From an uncultured bacterium (lineage in GTDB: Bacteria; Muiribacteriota; Ozemobacteria; Ozemobacterales; Ozemobacteraceae), in contig CALEDQ010000008.1 in assembly GCA_937949615.1 (NCBI GenBank), positions 700,618 through 764,617 on the forward strand: a stretch of 64,000 nucleotides of DNA, written 5' to 3'. Under the pieces are notes generated by a model. The model did no database searches, had not been told where the DNA came from, and saw nothing but the letters and a program-made list of their open reading frames with translations. How positions within the stretch are numbered: the stretch's first letter is position 1; the number at the start of each line of letters is the position of its first letter. The position numbers and the translations under genes are program-made. Below are positions 1-8,154 of the stretch, piece by piece.

Positions 1-369
1 CTGATCGACAAATATTCAAAACAACATAAAATCGAACCGGAGATTATCAGACAACTTATTGTTGTAGCCTCGAATAATGATCCGAAAGCGGTGGGCCCAA
101 ATGGCAACCTTGGTCTGATGCAGTTAAAACCGAATGTTTTCGCTGACTCAGGCATGACCGACCCATTTGACCCAGAGCAGAACATCAGTGTCGGCACTCA
201 ACACCTCTCAAACATGCTGCAACGTAACGGCGGCAACCTGCCACTGGCTCTTGCCGCATATAATACAGACTCTGCAACCGTAAAAAGATTTGGTGGCGTG
301 CCGCCATTTGCCGACACCCAGGGGTTTGTCGGGCAGATATTGGGCGGGCTTGGAAAAACGGATAAATAA
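1..369 (+). CDS. Lytic transglycosylase (SLT/GH23-like) domain protein, C-terminal part; the 5' end lies outside the window
   Basis: Frame 1 is open from base 1 to TAA at 367-369. The translation ..RQLIVVASNNDPKAVGPNGNLGLMQLKPNVF..LALAAYNTDSATVKRFGG carries the SLT signatures GLMQL and AAYN at canonical spacing. The usual catalytic E-S dyad reads A-S. Confidence 0.7.
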   Translation: MIDKYSKQHKIEPEIIRQLIVVASNNDPKAVGPNGNLGLMQLKPNVFADSGMTDPFDPEQNISVGTQHLSNMLQRNGGNLPLALAAYNTDSATVKRFGGVPPFADTQGFVGQILGGLGKTDK

Positions 370-382
370 AAGGAATTGACCG

Positions 383-1270
383 ATGCCGGAAAATGAAGTC
401 AATCAGAGTAACCGACCACCTGCTGCCCAGGAAGACAACGAACAGGCGCAGGTAAGGCCGCCGTCGCGAATATATCTCGCCCTGAGCCGGATAATTTATA
501 TGTTTCTACTCGCGTCTCTTGGCGTGGCAACTTTTCTCACGGTTCTGACCCTGGATTTTCTTCAGATTTATCCATTCCGCTACAAAATCCCCGAAGAATA
601 CCGCAAATACTGGCCTCTCTCGGCATACTACGATTTCGTCCAGCTGCATCAGCTGCCTGAAGAAGAAAGGTATCAACAGCTTATCCTACAGGAGCAGGAA
701 CGTTTTAACCGGCTGATAACAGAAGGCAGCCGCGACCTTGAGCGCCGGGCCGTATCCCTCGAAGATTCCTACCGGGCTCTGATGCGCACCCAGAAAGAAC
801 AGCACCAGCGCGAACTGGAAGAACTGCGAAAGCAGCGTGAAACCATCGAACTTGAGAAAAAGAAGGTTGCCGACGACAGACAGGATCTGGAAAACCGCAA
901 AGTAGCAATTGATGAGCTATCGCAGCGCCTCGCCTCTGAAACGCTCAACATAGAATCAAGCCTGATCAGGTTTATGGAAAAGGAAAATCGACTCGACCAG
1001 GTGCGCAGTATTGCCGCACAGATGGAACCAAAAGCCCTCGCAAGAATTTTCGACGATGTGCCAGACGACCAGCTGATTTACGATATTCTTGGCGGACTGC
1101 AGCCATCACATTCAGGCAAGGTGCTTGGTGGCATGGACCCGGAAAAGGCCGGCCGCATCATGAAGCTTGGTAAAAGCCCGCTGTCCCTCCCTGAGCCTGG
1201 ACCATCACGAAATTATGTTCCGCCCAGCCTGCAGAACCTCATCAACGACACTCAGGCAAATCTGCGCTGA
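383..1270 (+). CDS. Membrane-anchored coiled-coil protein with a MotE/FlbB-like (MgtE-N-like) C-terminal region
   Basis: One TM segment (IYMFLLASLGVATFLTVLTL). A long charged coiled coil (ELEELRKQRETIELEKKKVADDRQDLENRK). The C-terminal PKALARIFDDVPDDQLIYDILGGLQPSHSGKVLGGMDPEKAGRIM resembles the MgtE-N/MotE fold signature. It starts 14 nt after the SLT gene. Confidence 0.55.
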   Translation: MPENEVNQSNRPPAAQEDNEQAQVRPPSRIYLALSRIIYMFLLASLGVATFLTVLTLDFLQIYPFRYKIPEEYRKYWPLSAYYDFVQLHQLPEEERYQQLILQEQERFNRLITEGSRDLERRAVSLEDSYRALMRTQKEQHQRELEELRKQRETIELEKKKVADDRQDLENRKVAIDELSQRLASETLNIESSLIRFMEKENRLDQVRSIAAQMEPKALARIFDDVPDDQLIYDILGGLQPSHSGKVLGGMDPEKAGRIMKLGKSPLSLPEPGPSRNYVPPSLQNLINDTQANLR

Positions 1271-1312
1271 AAAACTTGCCTCTTCGCTCAGAACGAATTA
1301 CTATGAGTTCTG

Positions 1313-3322
1313 ATGAGCAAGGCGTTCAACAACCCATATTCGCATGGTTTTTTCCGTTGCGCAGCGGCGCGACCGATAATCGCTATCGGCCAGCCCGAAG
1401 TCAATGCCCGACGTCAGATTGAGCTCATAAACCAGCTTAACCGGCAAAGAGCCGGCATTATTGTGTTTCCCGAGTTAAGCCTGACCGGCTACACACTTGG
1501 CGATCTTTTTCAGCAGAAAACCATTCTCGACGCAGCCATAGACGCCCTGCAAAGCGTTATCGAGGCCAGCGCCGACAAAGATTGTCTTATTGTCACCGGC
1601 CTGCCACTGTTTATTGATTGCCGCCTTTTCAACTGCGCGGCTGTCATTCACCGCGGCCAGCTTCTTGGTCTGGTGCCGAAAACCTGGCTGCCGGACCATC
1701 GCGAATTTTATGAAAAGCGCCAGTTCTGCAGCAGCCGCGAACTCGATGTCTGCGAAACAGTTCTGTCAGGGCAAAGAGTTCCGATCGGAACAAACCTGTT
1801 GTTTGCCTGCCGGCAGCTTGGACATGTTAAAATCGGTATCGAAATCTGCGAAGATCTCTGGGCCCCCCTGCAGCCATCAACTCTGGCGGCCATGGCAGGC
1901 GCAACACTTATCTGCAACCTGTCCGCCAGCAATATTGTGATTGGCAAGGCAGAATACCGACGTTTGCTCGTCAAAGCGTCTTCTGGCCGCAATATTTGTG
2001 GTTATATCTATTGTTCTGCCGGCGAAGGTGAATCGACAACCGACATGGCCTGGGACGGTCACACGATCATTGCCGAAAACGGTGCGATCATTGAGGAATC
2101 CGCAAGATTTTCGACTGAAAGCGAGTGCATTGTCACCGACCTCGACCTCGAAAAACTTCAATTCGAAAGACTTCGCAATAATTCCTTCAGAGACAGTGCT
2201 GCCGACTGCAGTCAGAACGACAGAAAATTCAGAACTGTCGAGTTTGATTTTTCCGAACCGGCGGCTGGCGAACTGCCAATCATGAGAAGGATTCCGCGTT
2301 TTCCTTATGTGCCTGACGAAGACAGCGAACGCAATGCACGCTGTGAAGAGGTTCTCAATATCCAGATACAGGGTCTTTGCACCAGACTGAAAGCAACCGG
2401 CATAAAAAAAGCCGTAATCGGCATTTCTGGGGGCCTCGATTCAACCCTCGCCCTTCTTGTCACCCACCGGGCTTTTGCCCGTCTGGGCCTGCCGGTCAAT
2501 GGCATCATTGCGGTTACTATGCCCGGGTTTGCAACTTCAGACCATACACGCAACATCGCCATCGATCTGATGCGCGCCCTGGCAGTCGATTACCGCGAAA
2601 TAGACATCAAGCCTTCATGTCTGCAGATGCTCAAAGATCTCGATCACCCGTTCGCAGCAGGCAAAAAACAGTATGACATCACCTTCGAAAATGTGCAGGC
2701 AGGTGAACGAACCTCGCACCTGTTTCGCATCGCCAACCATGAAAATGGCCTGGTCATAGGCACCGGTGACCTCAGTGAACTGGCGCTCGGCTGGTGCACC
2801 TATGGGGTTGGCGATCACATGTCGCATTACAACGTTAACGCCTCAGTGCCAAAAACTCTGGTTAAATTCCTTATTGGTCACCTGGCAGAAGTTTTTCCGA
2901 CCGGGAGCACCGCAGCAAGTACACTTCACAAGGTTCTCGCCGCAACCATTTCGCCTGAGCTGATTCCTGTCGAAAACGAAGAACAGGCTCCTCAACAGAC
3001 CGAGGCAACGGTTGGCCCCTATGAGTTGCAGGATCTGCACCTTTACTATATCAGCCGCTTCGGGTTCAAACCATCGAAGGTAGCTTATCTGTGCAGTCAG
3101 GCATGGCGTGGCTCAGATAAGTACAACCTGCCAGCCATAAAACGCTGGCTTAAAGTTTTTATCAAAAGATTTTTTGCCACATCACAATTCAAGCGCAGCT
3201 GTGTTCCTGATTCACCAAAGGTCGGATCAGGCGGTTCACTTTCTCCGCGAGGAGATTGGCGGGCTCCCAGTGATATGTCTGCCGAAACCTGGCTTGCAGA
3301 GCTCGAAAAAAATATTCCATGA
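1313..3322 (+). CDS. nadE: Glutamine-dependent NAD+ synthetase (CN-hydrolase glutaminase domain plus NAD synthetase domain)
   Basis: The N-terminal nitrilase-type domain shows FPELSLTGY and IGIEICEDLW. The C-terminal PP-loop is GISGGLDSTLALLV. The 669-aa length matches long-form NadE. Confidence 0.9.
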   Translation: MSKAFNNPYSHGFFRCAAARPIIAIGQPEVNARRQIELINQLNRQRAGIIVFPELSLTGYTLGDLFQQKTILDAAIDALQSVIEASADKDCLIVTGLPLFIDCRLFNCAAVIHRGQLLGLVPKTWLPDHREFYEKRQFCSSRELDVCETVLSGQRVPIGTNLLFACRQLGHVKIGIEICEDLWAPLQPSTLAAMAGATLICNLSASNIVIGKAEYRRLLVKASSGRNICGYIYCSAGEGESTTDMAWDGHTIIAENGAIIEESARFSTESECIVTDLDLEKLQFERLRNNSFRDSAADCSQNDRKFRTVEFDFSEPAAGELPIMRRIPRFPYVPDEDSERNARCEEVLNIQIQGLCTRLKATGIKKAVIGISGGLDSTLALLVTHRAFARLGLPVNGIIAVTMPGFATSDHTRNIAIDLMRALAVDYREIDIKPSCLQMLKDLDHPFAAGKKQYDITFENVQAGERTSHLFRIANHENGLVIGTGDLSELALGWCTYGVGDHMSHYNVNASVPKTLVKFLIGHLAEVFPTGSTAASTLHKVLAATISPELIPVENEEQAPQQTEATVGPYELQDLHLYYISRFGFKPSKVAYLCSQAWRGSDKYNLPAIKRWLKVFIKRFFATSQFKRSCVPDSPKVGSGGSLSPRGDWRAPSDMSAETWLAELEKNIP

Positions 3323-3329
3323 AACTGAC

Positions 3330-3357
3330 TTGCGGGTCGAAATTTTTCTGTTATAAT
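3330..3357 (+). promoter_or_regulatory. Candidate sigma70 promoter with extended -10
   Basis: TTGCGG (3330-3335), 16-nt spacer, TGtTATAAT (-10 at 3352-3357). It begins 8 nt after the nadE stop. No plus-strand ORF of useful length follows. Confidence 0.4.
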
Positions 3358-3363
3358 TAGACT

Positions 3364-3551
3364 ATACAAAAATGAGAAAAACGCAGCGAGGCTGCGTCAC
3401 GTGAAAACAAAACCGGGGAACAAAACTTATGCTTATTAAAGCCTTCTATCGGCCCTAACTGAAAAGTCGTCTTTTCAGTTCAGAGACCTTGCCAAAGGTC
3501 TTATAACCCAACAATATCCCTTTTGAGAGCTGATACCAGCTCTTTTTTTTT
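3364..3551 (+). ncRNA. Candidate small RNA or nadE 3'-UTR-derived transcript, family unknown
   Basis: About 190 nt bracketed by the promoter above and an intrinsic terminator. Only 9-10 codon ORFs without an SD. Several short hairpins: acgcagc-gag-gctgcgt at 3381-3397, ctgaaaag..cttttcag, and agacctt..aggtct. Confidence 0.3.
3526..3551 (+). terminator. Rho-independent terminator (plus strand)
   Basis: Stem agagctg / cagctct with loop atac, followed by a run of about 9 T. On the minus strand no T-run follows the hairpin, so it acts on the plus strand only. Confidence 0.6.
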
Positions 3552-3559
3552 GCCAGAAA

Positions 3560-4144
3560 TCACTGCATTCTGGCAATCTGGCGGCCAATCGAGGCGGCCT
3601 GGATTCTTGCGGTTCTCGTGGCCTGATAAACTCGCTGCCGAAGTTCTTCATAGCGTTTCGTTCGACTGTCATAAGAGTTCGAAGCCTGAGTCGATACAAG
3701 CATGACAGTCTGTGCCGGAACAGCCACCTGGCGATCCTCATACGGTTTTGCAACGGCAGAATTTGCCACTTTTGTCTCGGAAACTGCTACAGCGGCACTT
3801 TCGAGATTATCATCGATTGCCGGCGTCGTTTCTGAGTCGTGAAAAAGAACGGTTACGGCAACATCTTTGCGACTTTCGAGCTCTTCAACGATCTTTTCGC
3901 CTTTTACTTCAGGCTGTTCCAGAATCAACCCGGCAGCATCGTCGCCCGCGGAGGTATCAACCTTGACATTCCGCGACTGATAATTATGCAGTTTGTCTCT
4001 GAGTGCCTGAATTCTCTGATTCAGTTCGCGACCGGCAATCGTTTTCTGAGCCATGACCTGATCTGCTCCACCAAAAATCATAAACCCGGCAATTACCAGA
4101 CCACCAATGAACCTGCGCATCGAATAACCTCCAGAAAGCTTCAT
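3560..4144 (-). CDS. Hypothetical secreted protein, last gene of the beta-helix lipoprotein operon
   Basis: Signal-peptide-like N-terminus MRRFIGGLVIAGFMIFGGADQVMAQ. It lies 45 nt downstream of the preceding gene on the same strand. I recognise no family motif. Confidence 0.5.
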   Translation of the reverse strand: MKLSGGYSMRRFIGGLVIAGFMIFGGADQVMAQKTIAGRELNQRIQALRDKLHNYQSRNVKVDTSAGDDAAGLILEQPEVKGEKIVEELESRKDVAVTVLFHDSETTPAIDDNLESAAVAVSETKVANSAVAKPYEDRQVAVPAQTVMLVSTQASNSYDSRTKRYEELRQRVYQATRTARIQAASIGRQIARMQ

Positions 4145-4189
4145 TTCTGTTAAGGTTATCGACAGTTCAGCCCCACAAATTGAGAAAAA

Positions 4190-6172
4190 TCAACTGTCGC
4201 TGCCGTAGGCGCCCGGCTGCCCGGAACGGTCTGAGGAATTGATTACCGGTGAGTCAGCCCGCAGCCGGTAACTGTAATTTTCTTCGTCTCCTCCCACAAA
4301 AAGCGGGTCGAGGTTGATAATCGGAGCCCCGTTCTGATCGCAGTTCACCGTTGCCTGCGAAAATCCATAAATATTGTTGTATGGGTATGATCGGCCGGCA
4401 CCGCCCAGCTTGTCTTCAATACCAACACCGGTATTCTGATTTCCGCGATTAACAAGAATACAATTTTTGATCGTCGGCAGATCTGAACCTTCAACGATCA
4501 TGCCATTACCGGCATCGACAGTCAGATACTGCAGATTGGCTGCGGCAGCCCCGGTAATAACCCCGGTCTGCACAGATTGAATCAGACCGTTGCGAATCTT
4601 CGCCGGTTGCCGGTCAACGACCCGCAGACCTGTTCCGCGAACTTTTCTCAGATCGAATCTTGAGAATTCCAGGCCCGAGTTCCCGGCAAGGATAACCCCT
4701 TCTGCGACGTTCACGGCCTTAATGTCTGTTACAATACAGTTAAAAGTGTTCTCTACAGACAAAGCGGTCTGGCAGTCTTCAAGATTGAGACCTGAAATTA
4801 CTGTGCCGCTGGCCGTCTGCAAGGAAAAGCCGGTCTGACAGAATCTGACCGAAACGCTCGCAACTTCAACCGCTGAGCTGTAAATGGTAAAAGCTCTCTC
4901 GGCACCCGAAACTTCGATGTTTTTCAGCACGCTGCCCTGCTGCCCGGCAGCGGCTACCAGGCGGATGCCATCCCAATCCGTTCGTGACGGCACCCCTGAA
5001 GCAGAAATCATGCGAATCGGCTCGTTGTCGCTGCCGGCCGCAATGATGGTTCCTTCAACAATCAATTCACAAACATTCGGGCGAAAACCAGAACGGCCAT
5101 TGTCTTCGGCGGCAAAACGAACAACGCAGCCGGCCTCGATTGTCAAAGTCTTGCCGGCAGGAACTATCAGATCGCCATTGAGACTGATCGGGCTCCAGGC
5201 CTTTTTCCAGACAAGATCTTCAGCAATGCGCCCGCCGGCAACAATGTTTACCAGTGCGCTCATCGAAGAAACACTGCCATCGAGATCGACGGTCTGCATG
5301 CCATACTGATAAATGCGCCCCGGAACCGCGGTTTCATCGGCAAATGAATTCTGTGAGGCAAAAATTTCACTCTCAGCCTGAATCATTTTCAGAGTCCCGT
5401 AGTTTTCGCCCCTGAAAAGCCTGAAACCAGAGGCCGGGTCAAGCCCGGTGTAGCTCCAGCTGACAACAGGGCCGTTACTGCCCTGATCGACCTTCACATA
5501 GTCGACCGCACCAGGAGCACCCTGCAGATCACCAACCGGAACCGTTTTGAAAGAACCGGCTTCTGCGGTATAACGCCGCCCGTCAGTTGTGGTTCCCTGA
5601 AGGTCGTAAAGATACTCAGAACCGGCAAAAAGATTTGGCAGAATTATCTGATGTGAGGTCAGTGCAGCGGTAGGCGGCAGCTGAATTCTCGCCCCGGTCT
5701 TTTCACGCCAGCCAATCAGAATCGACATCGGCTCTTTGCAGGTCACGTCGATCACAGCCCGGTTGCTCTCACGAACTGCAACTTTGTGGGTAATCATATT
5801 ATCGACAGGCTCCACAACGATGCTGACACCCTCAAGAACCTGCCCATAGGTTATCTCGACTGTTTTCGACGCCAGATAGTAACCACTCCGCTGCACGCTC
5901 AGGCGGTGAGAACCGACATCGAGAGAAGTGAACTCGAAATGACCTTGCTTATCGGTTTCGGCCTTGAACAGAGAACGATGCGAGGTTATCACCGCACCGA
6001 CAACCGGGTTGTTAAGCGTATCGGTCACATTGCCGTTCACCGAACCGCGCTGTGTGTGCATTTTGTTTTCGCAGCCCGAAGCGGCAAAAAGAACCAGAAG
6101 CAGAAAGAAAGCCAGAAGCACTTTTCCAGAAGACATGGCGGCACTGACTGCGCGTTTAAACTGGCTGATCAT
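4190..6172 (-). CDS. Lipoprotein with a carboxypeptidase-regulatory-like domain, FN3-like domains and a right-handed parallel beta-helix (paralog 3 of 3 in transcription order)
   Basis: Lipobox LFAASGC. GSVNGNVTDTLNNPVVGAVITS..GHFEFTSLDVGSHRLSV is CarboxypepD_reg/PEGA-like. FN3-like segment SWSYTGLDPASGFRLFRGE..GRIYQYGMQTVD. Beta-helix rungs follow. C-terminal NNIYGF..DPLF..YSYRL. ATGA overlap with the upstream gene. Confidence 0.75.
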   Translation of the reverse strand: MISQFKRAVSAAMSSGKVLLAFFLLLVLFAASGCENKMHTQRGSVNGNVTDTLNNPVVGAVITSHRSLFKAETDKQGHFEFTSLDVGSHRLSVQRSGYYLASKTVEITYGQVLEGVSIVVEPVDNMITHKVAVRESNRAVIDVTCKEPMSILIGWREKTGARIQLPPTAALTSHQIILPNLFAGSEYLYDLQGTTTDGRRYTAEAGSFKTVPVGDLQGAPGAVDYVKVDQGSNGPVVSWSYTGLDPASGFRLFRGENYGTLKMIQAESEIFASQNSFADETAVPGRIYQYGMQTVDLDGSVSSMSALVNIVAGGRIAEDLVWKKAWSPISLNGDLIVPAGKTLTIEAGCVVRFAAEDNGRSGFRPNVCELIVEGTIIAAGSDNEPIRMISASGVPSRTDWDGIRLVAAAGQQGSVLKNIEVSGAERAFTIYSSAVEVASVSVRFCQTGFSLQTASGTVISGLNLEDCQTALSVENTFNCIVTDIKAVNVAEGVILAGNSGLEFSRFDLRKVRGTGLRVVDRQPAKIRNGLIQSVQTGVITGAAAANLQYLTVDAGNGMIVEGSDLPTIKNCILVNRGNQNTGVGIEDKLGGAGRSYPYNNIYGFSQATVNCDQNGAPIINLDPLFVGGDEENYSYRLRADSPVINSSDRSGQPGAYGSDS

Positions 6173-8154
6173 AAGCGAGAAACCCCATATCTGCCCAATT
6201 CTGAGCCATAAATATCCTGAAGTTTCAGAGTCGATTCCGGCAACAATCGATAGTCGTAAGGATTACCGGCAGCAAATTTAGGATCGATCGAAAGAGCACC
6301 GGTTGAGGCTGAACATCCCCGGTAATTTTCGGCGAAGCCATAAATATTGTTAAAGCCATATTCAGGTAAAAGCACGGTCAGGTTCTCAATGCCGACCGCC
6401 CCCCTCTGATAGCGGTCAACGATGATATTGTTCTGTATGGTAACGTTACCCGCTTTAACCAGAATGCCATTTCTCGCATCGACAGTTACATGATCGATAT
6501 AGTTGTCGTATGAATGCAGAATGTTGTCGCAGACAATGCCGCTACCTTCATGGCTCACAATCAGGGTCCTGATCACACGATTGCGGCCCCAGGTCCCTTT
6601 GATGCCAAACGAAGTTGCGTAGATATCGCAGTCTCTGACAATAATCTGGTCTTCATTTTTATCGGTTGAGGTAAGTATGCCGGTATGAACCTCAGAAAAA
6701 AGCCCATTTTCAATGGTCAATCTGCGGCAGTTCTTCAGTTCAAGAGCCACTGAGGCAATTTCGCTGAAACGGCATGAAGACAGGCTCATAACCTCGCGAA
6801 TACCATCGAGGCGCAAACCATGCTGCGAATATGATATCTCAAGATTGCTGATCCTCATGTTCAGGGCTGAAACATCGAGGGCATAACCACTGCAGCCGAA
6901 CAACCTGGCATGGCTGATGTCTGAAATGCCCGTCTGCGACGAAAGAATTCTGATACCGGCCCAGTGATCACGCCGGCCTGAACCGTTCAGCGGCGCAAAA
7001 ACCACTGGCGCTTCAGCGGTGCCACTGATCTCGATTCGCCCCTGAACAGTGATTTCAACTCGCTGTTCATCAGAACCGGCAGCGAGAGAATCGCTCTCAC
7101 TGACAAGAATTTCGGTGCCGGCTTCGAGCACCAGGCTTGCGCCGGCCGCCACGATCAGGTCAGAATAGAGCCTGACAGGTGAATCTGCAAGGGTTAGAAC
7201 CGTTGTCTGACTGATAACGCCAGGAACAAAAACCATTTCAGAAACGGTGGCATCTGATTCAGCCCCGAGGTTATTAACGGCTTTAACGGCATACCTGCAG
7301 AAACTGCCGGTGACTGCCGCCTTGTCGGCATAACTGACTGCCCGGGCATCGATACTGCTCTCATTGATTTTAAGCCAGTCGCCACCTTTAACCTGACGGT
7401 AAAGATTGTAACTGGCTGCCGGGAAACCTGAAGCGGCAGGCTGCCACTCAACTTCCACGGCACCAAGGTCCGTAAATGGGCGAATGTTAAGGCTGACCGG
7501 CGATGAGGGCCGATCGGCACCCTCGGTTTTGAACGAGTAATCATAAGAAAAATAACTGTCGTTGCTCTCGTCGAGATACTGCACCCTGAAATGATAAAGG
7601 GTTTCGGGCAGCAGATTTTCAATAACCAGACGATGCTCGTTGGCCGGCCTCAGTTCGCGAATCAGGCTGCCGTAAAAAATGGTTGTGCCATACTCGATAT
7701 TGCAGATTACGCTTTTATAGGTGTTCCAGGAAATCTCCGCACTGGTCGACGCCGTTTTTTCGACCTTCACGCTGCTGATACGATTCGGCGCGTTGGCCTT
7801 GTCGAGCCTGATAAAATCAAGAACTGTCGAGTCGCCTGATTTGATTTCAATCTGCCGTTCTTCGATGGCAAAATCAGGGTGAAGAATAACGATGTTGTTG
7901 ATTCCGGCCGGCAGTTCAGAAAGATAGAAGCCGCCGTCAAGGCCACTCAGAACCTTTTCACGTTCAGCAAAAATCGAAAAGACCTCGGCATTGACGACCG
8001 CATTGCCTGAGGCATCGATAACCCGGCTATGCAGACTGCCGGTCTGAGACTGCCGCATACCACAACCGGTCAGACTGGCCAGAGATGCGAAAATTGCCAG
8101 CAGAATCGCCGGCAAAAGAAGATTTCTGACGCTGATTTTTTCAGTCAGGAACAT
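6169..8154 (-). CDS. Lipoprotein with a carboxypeptidase-regulatory-like domain, FN3-like domains and a right-handed parallel beta-helix (paralog 2 of 3)
   Basis: Lipobox SLTGC. GSLHSRVIDASGNAVVNAEVFS..GGFYLSELPAGINNIVI. FN3-like ISWNTYKSV..TLYHFRVQY and VEWQPAASGF..YNLYRQ. C-terminal NNIYGF..DPKF..YDYRL. 14-nt overlap with the upstream gene. Confidence 0.75.
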   Translation of the reverse strand: MFLTEKISVRNLLLPAILLAIFASLASLTGCGMRQSQTGSLHSRVIDASGNAVVNAEVFSIFAEREKVLSGLDGGFYLSELPAGINNIVILHPDFAIEERQIEIKSGDSTVLDFIRLDKANAPNRISSVKVEKTASTSAEISWNTYKSVICNIEYGTTIFYGSLIRELRPANEHRLVIENLLPETLYHFRVQYLDESNDSYFSYDYSFKTEGADRPSSPVSLNIRPFTDLGAVEVEWQPAASGFPAASYNLYRQVKGGDWLKINESSIDARAVSYADKAAVTGSFCRYAVKAVNNLGAESDATVSEMVFVPGVISQTTVLTLADSPVRLYSDLIVAAGASLVLEAGTEILVSESDSLAAGSDEQRVEITVQGRIEISGTAEAPVVFAPLNGSGRRDHWAGIRILSSQTGISDISHARLFGCSGYALDVSALNMRISNLEISYSQHGLRLDGIREVMSLSSCRFSEIASVALELKNCRRLTIENGLFSEVHTGILTSTDKNEDQIIVRDCDIYATSFGIKGTWGRNRVIRTLIVSHEGSGIVCDNILHSYDNYIDHVTVDARNGILVKAGNVTIQNNIIVDRYQRGAVGIENLTVLLPEYGFNNIYGFAENYRGCSASTGALSIDPKFAAGNPYDYRLLPESTLKLQDIYGSELGRYGVSRL

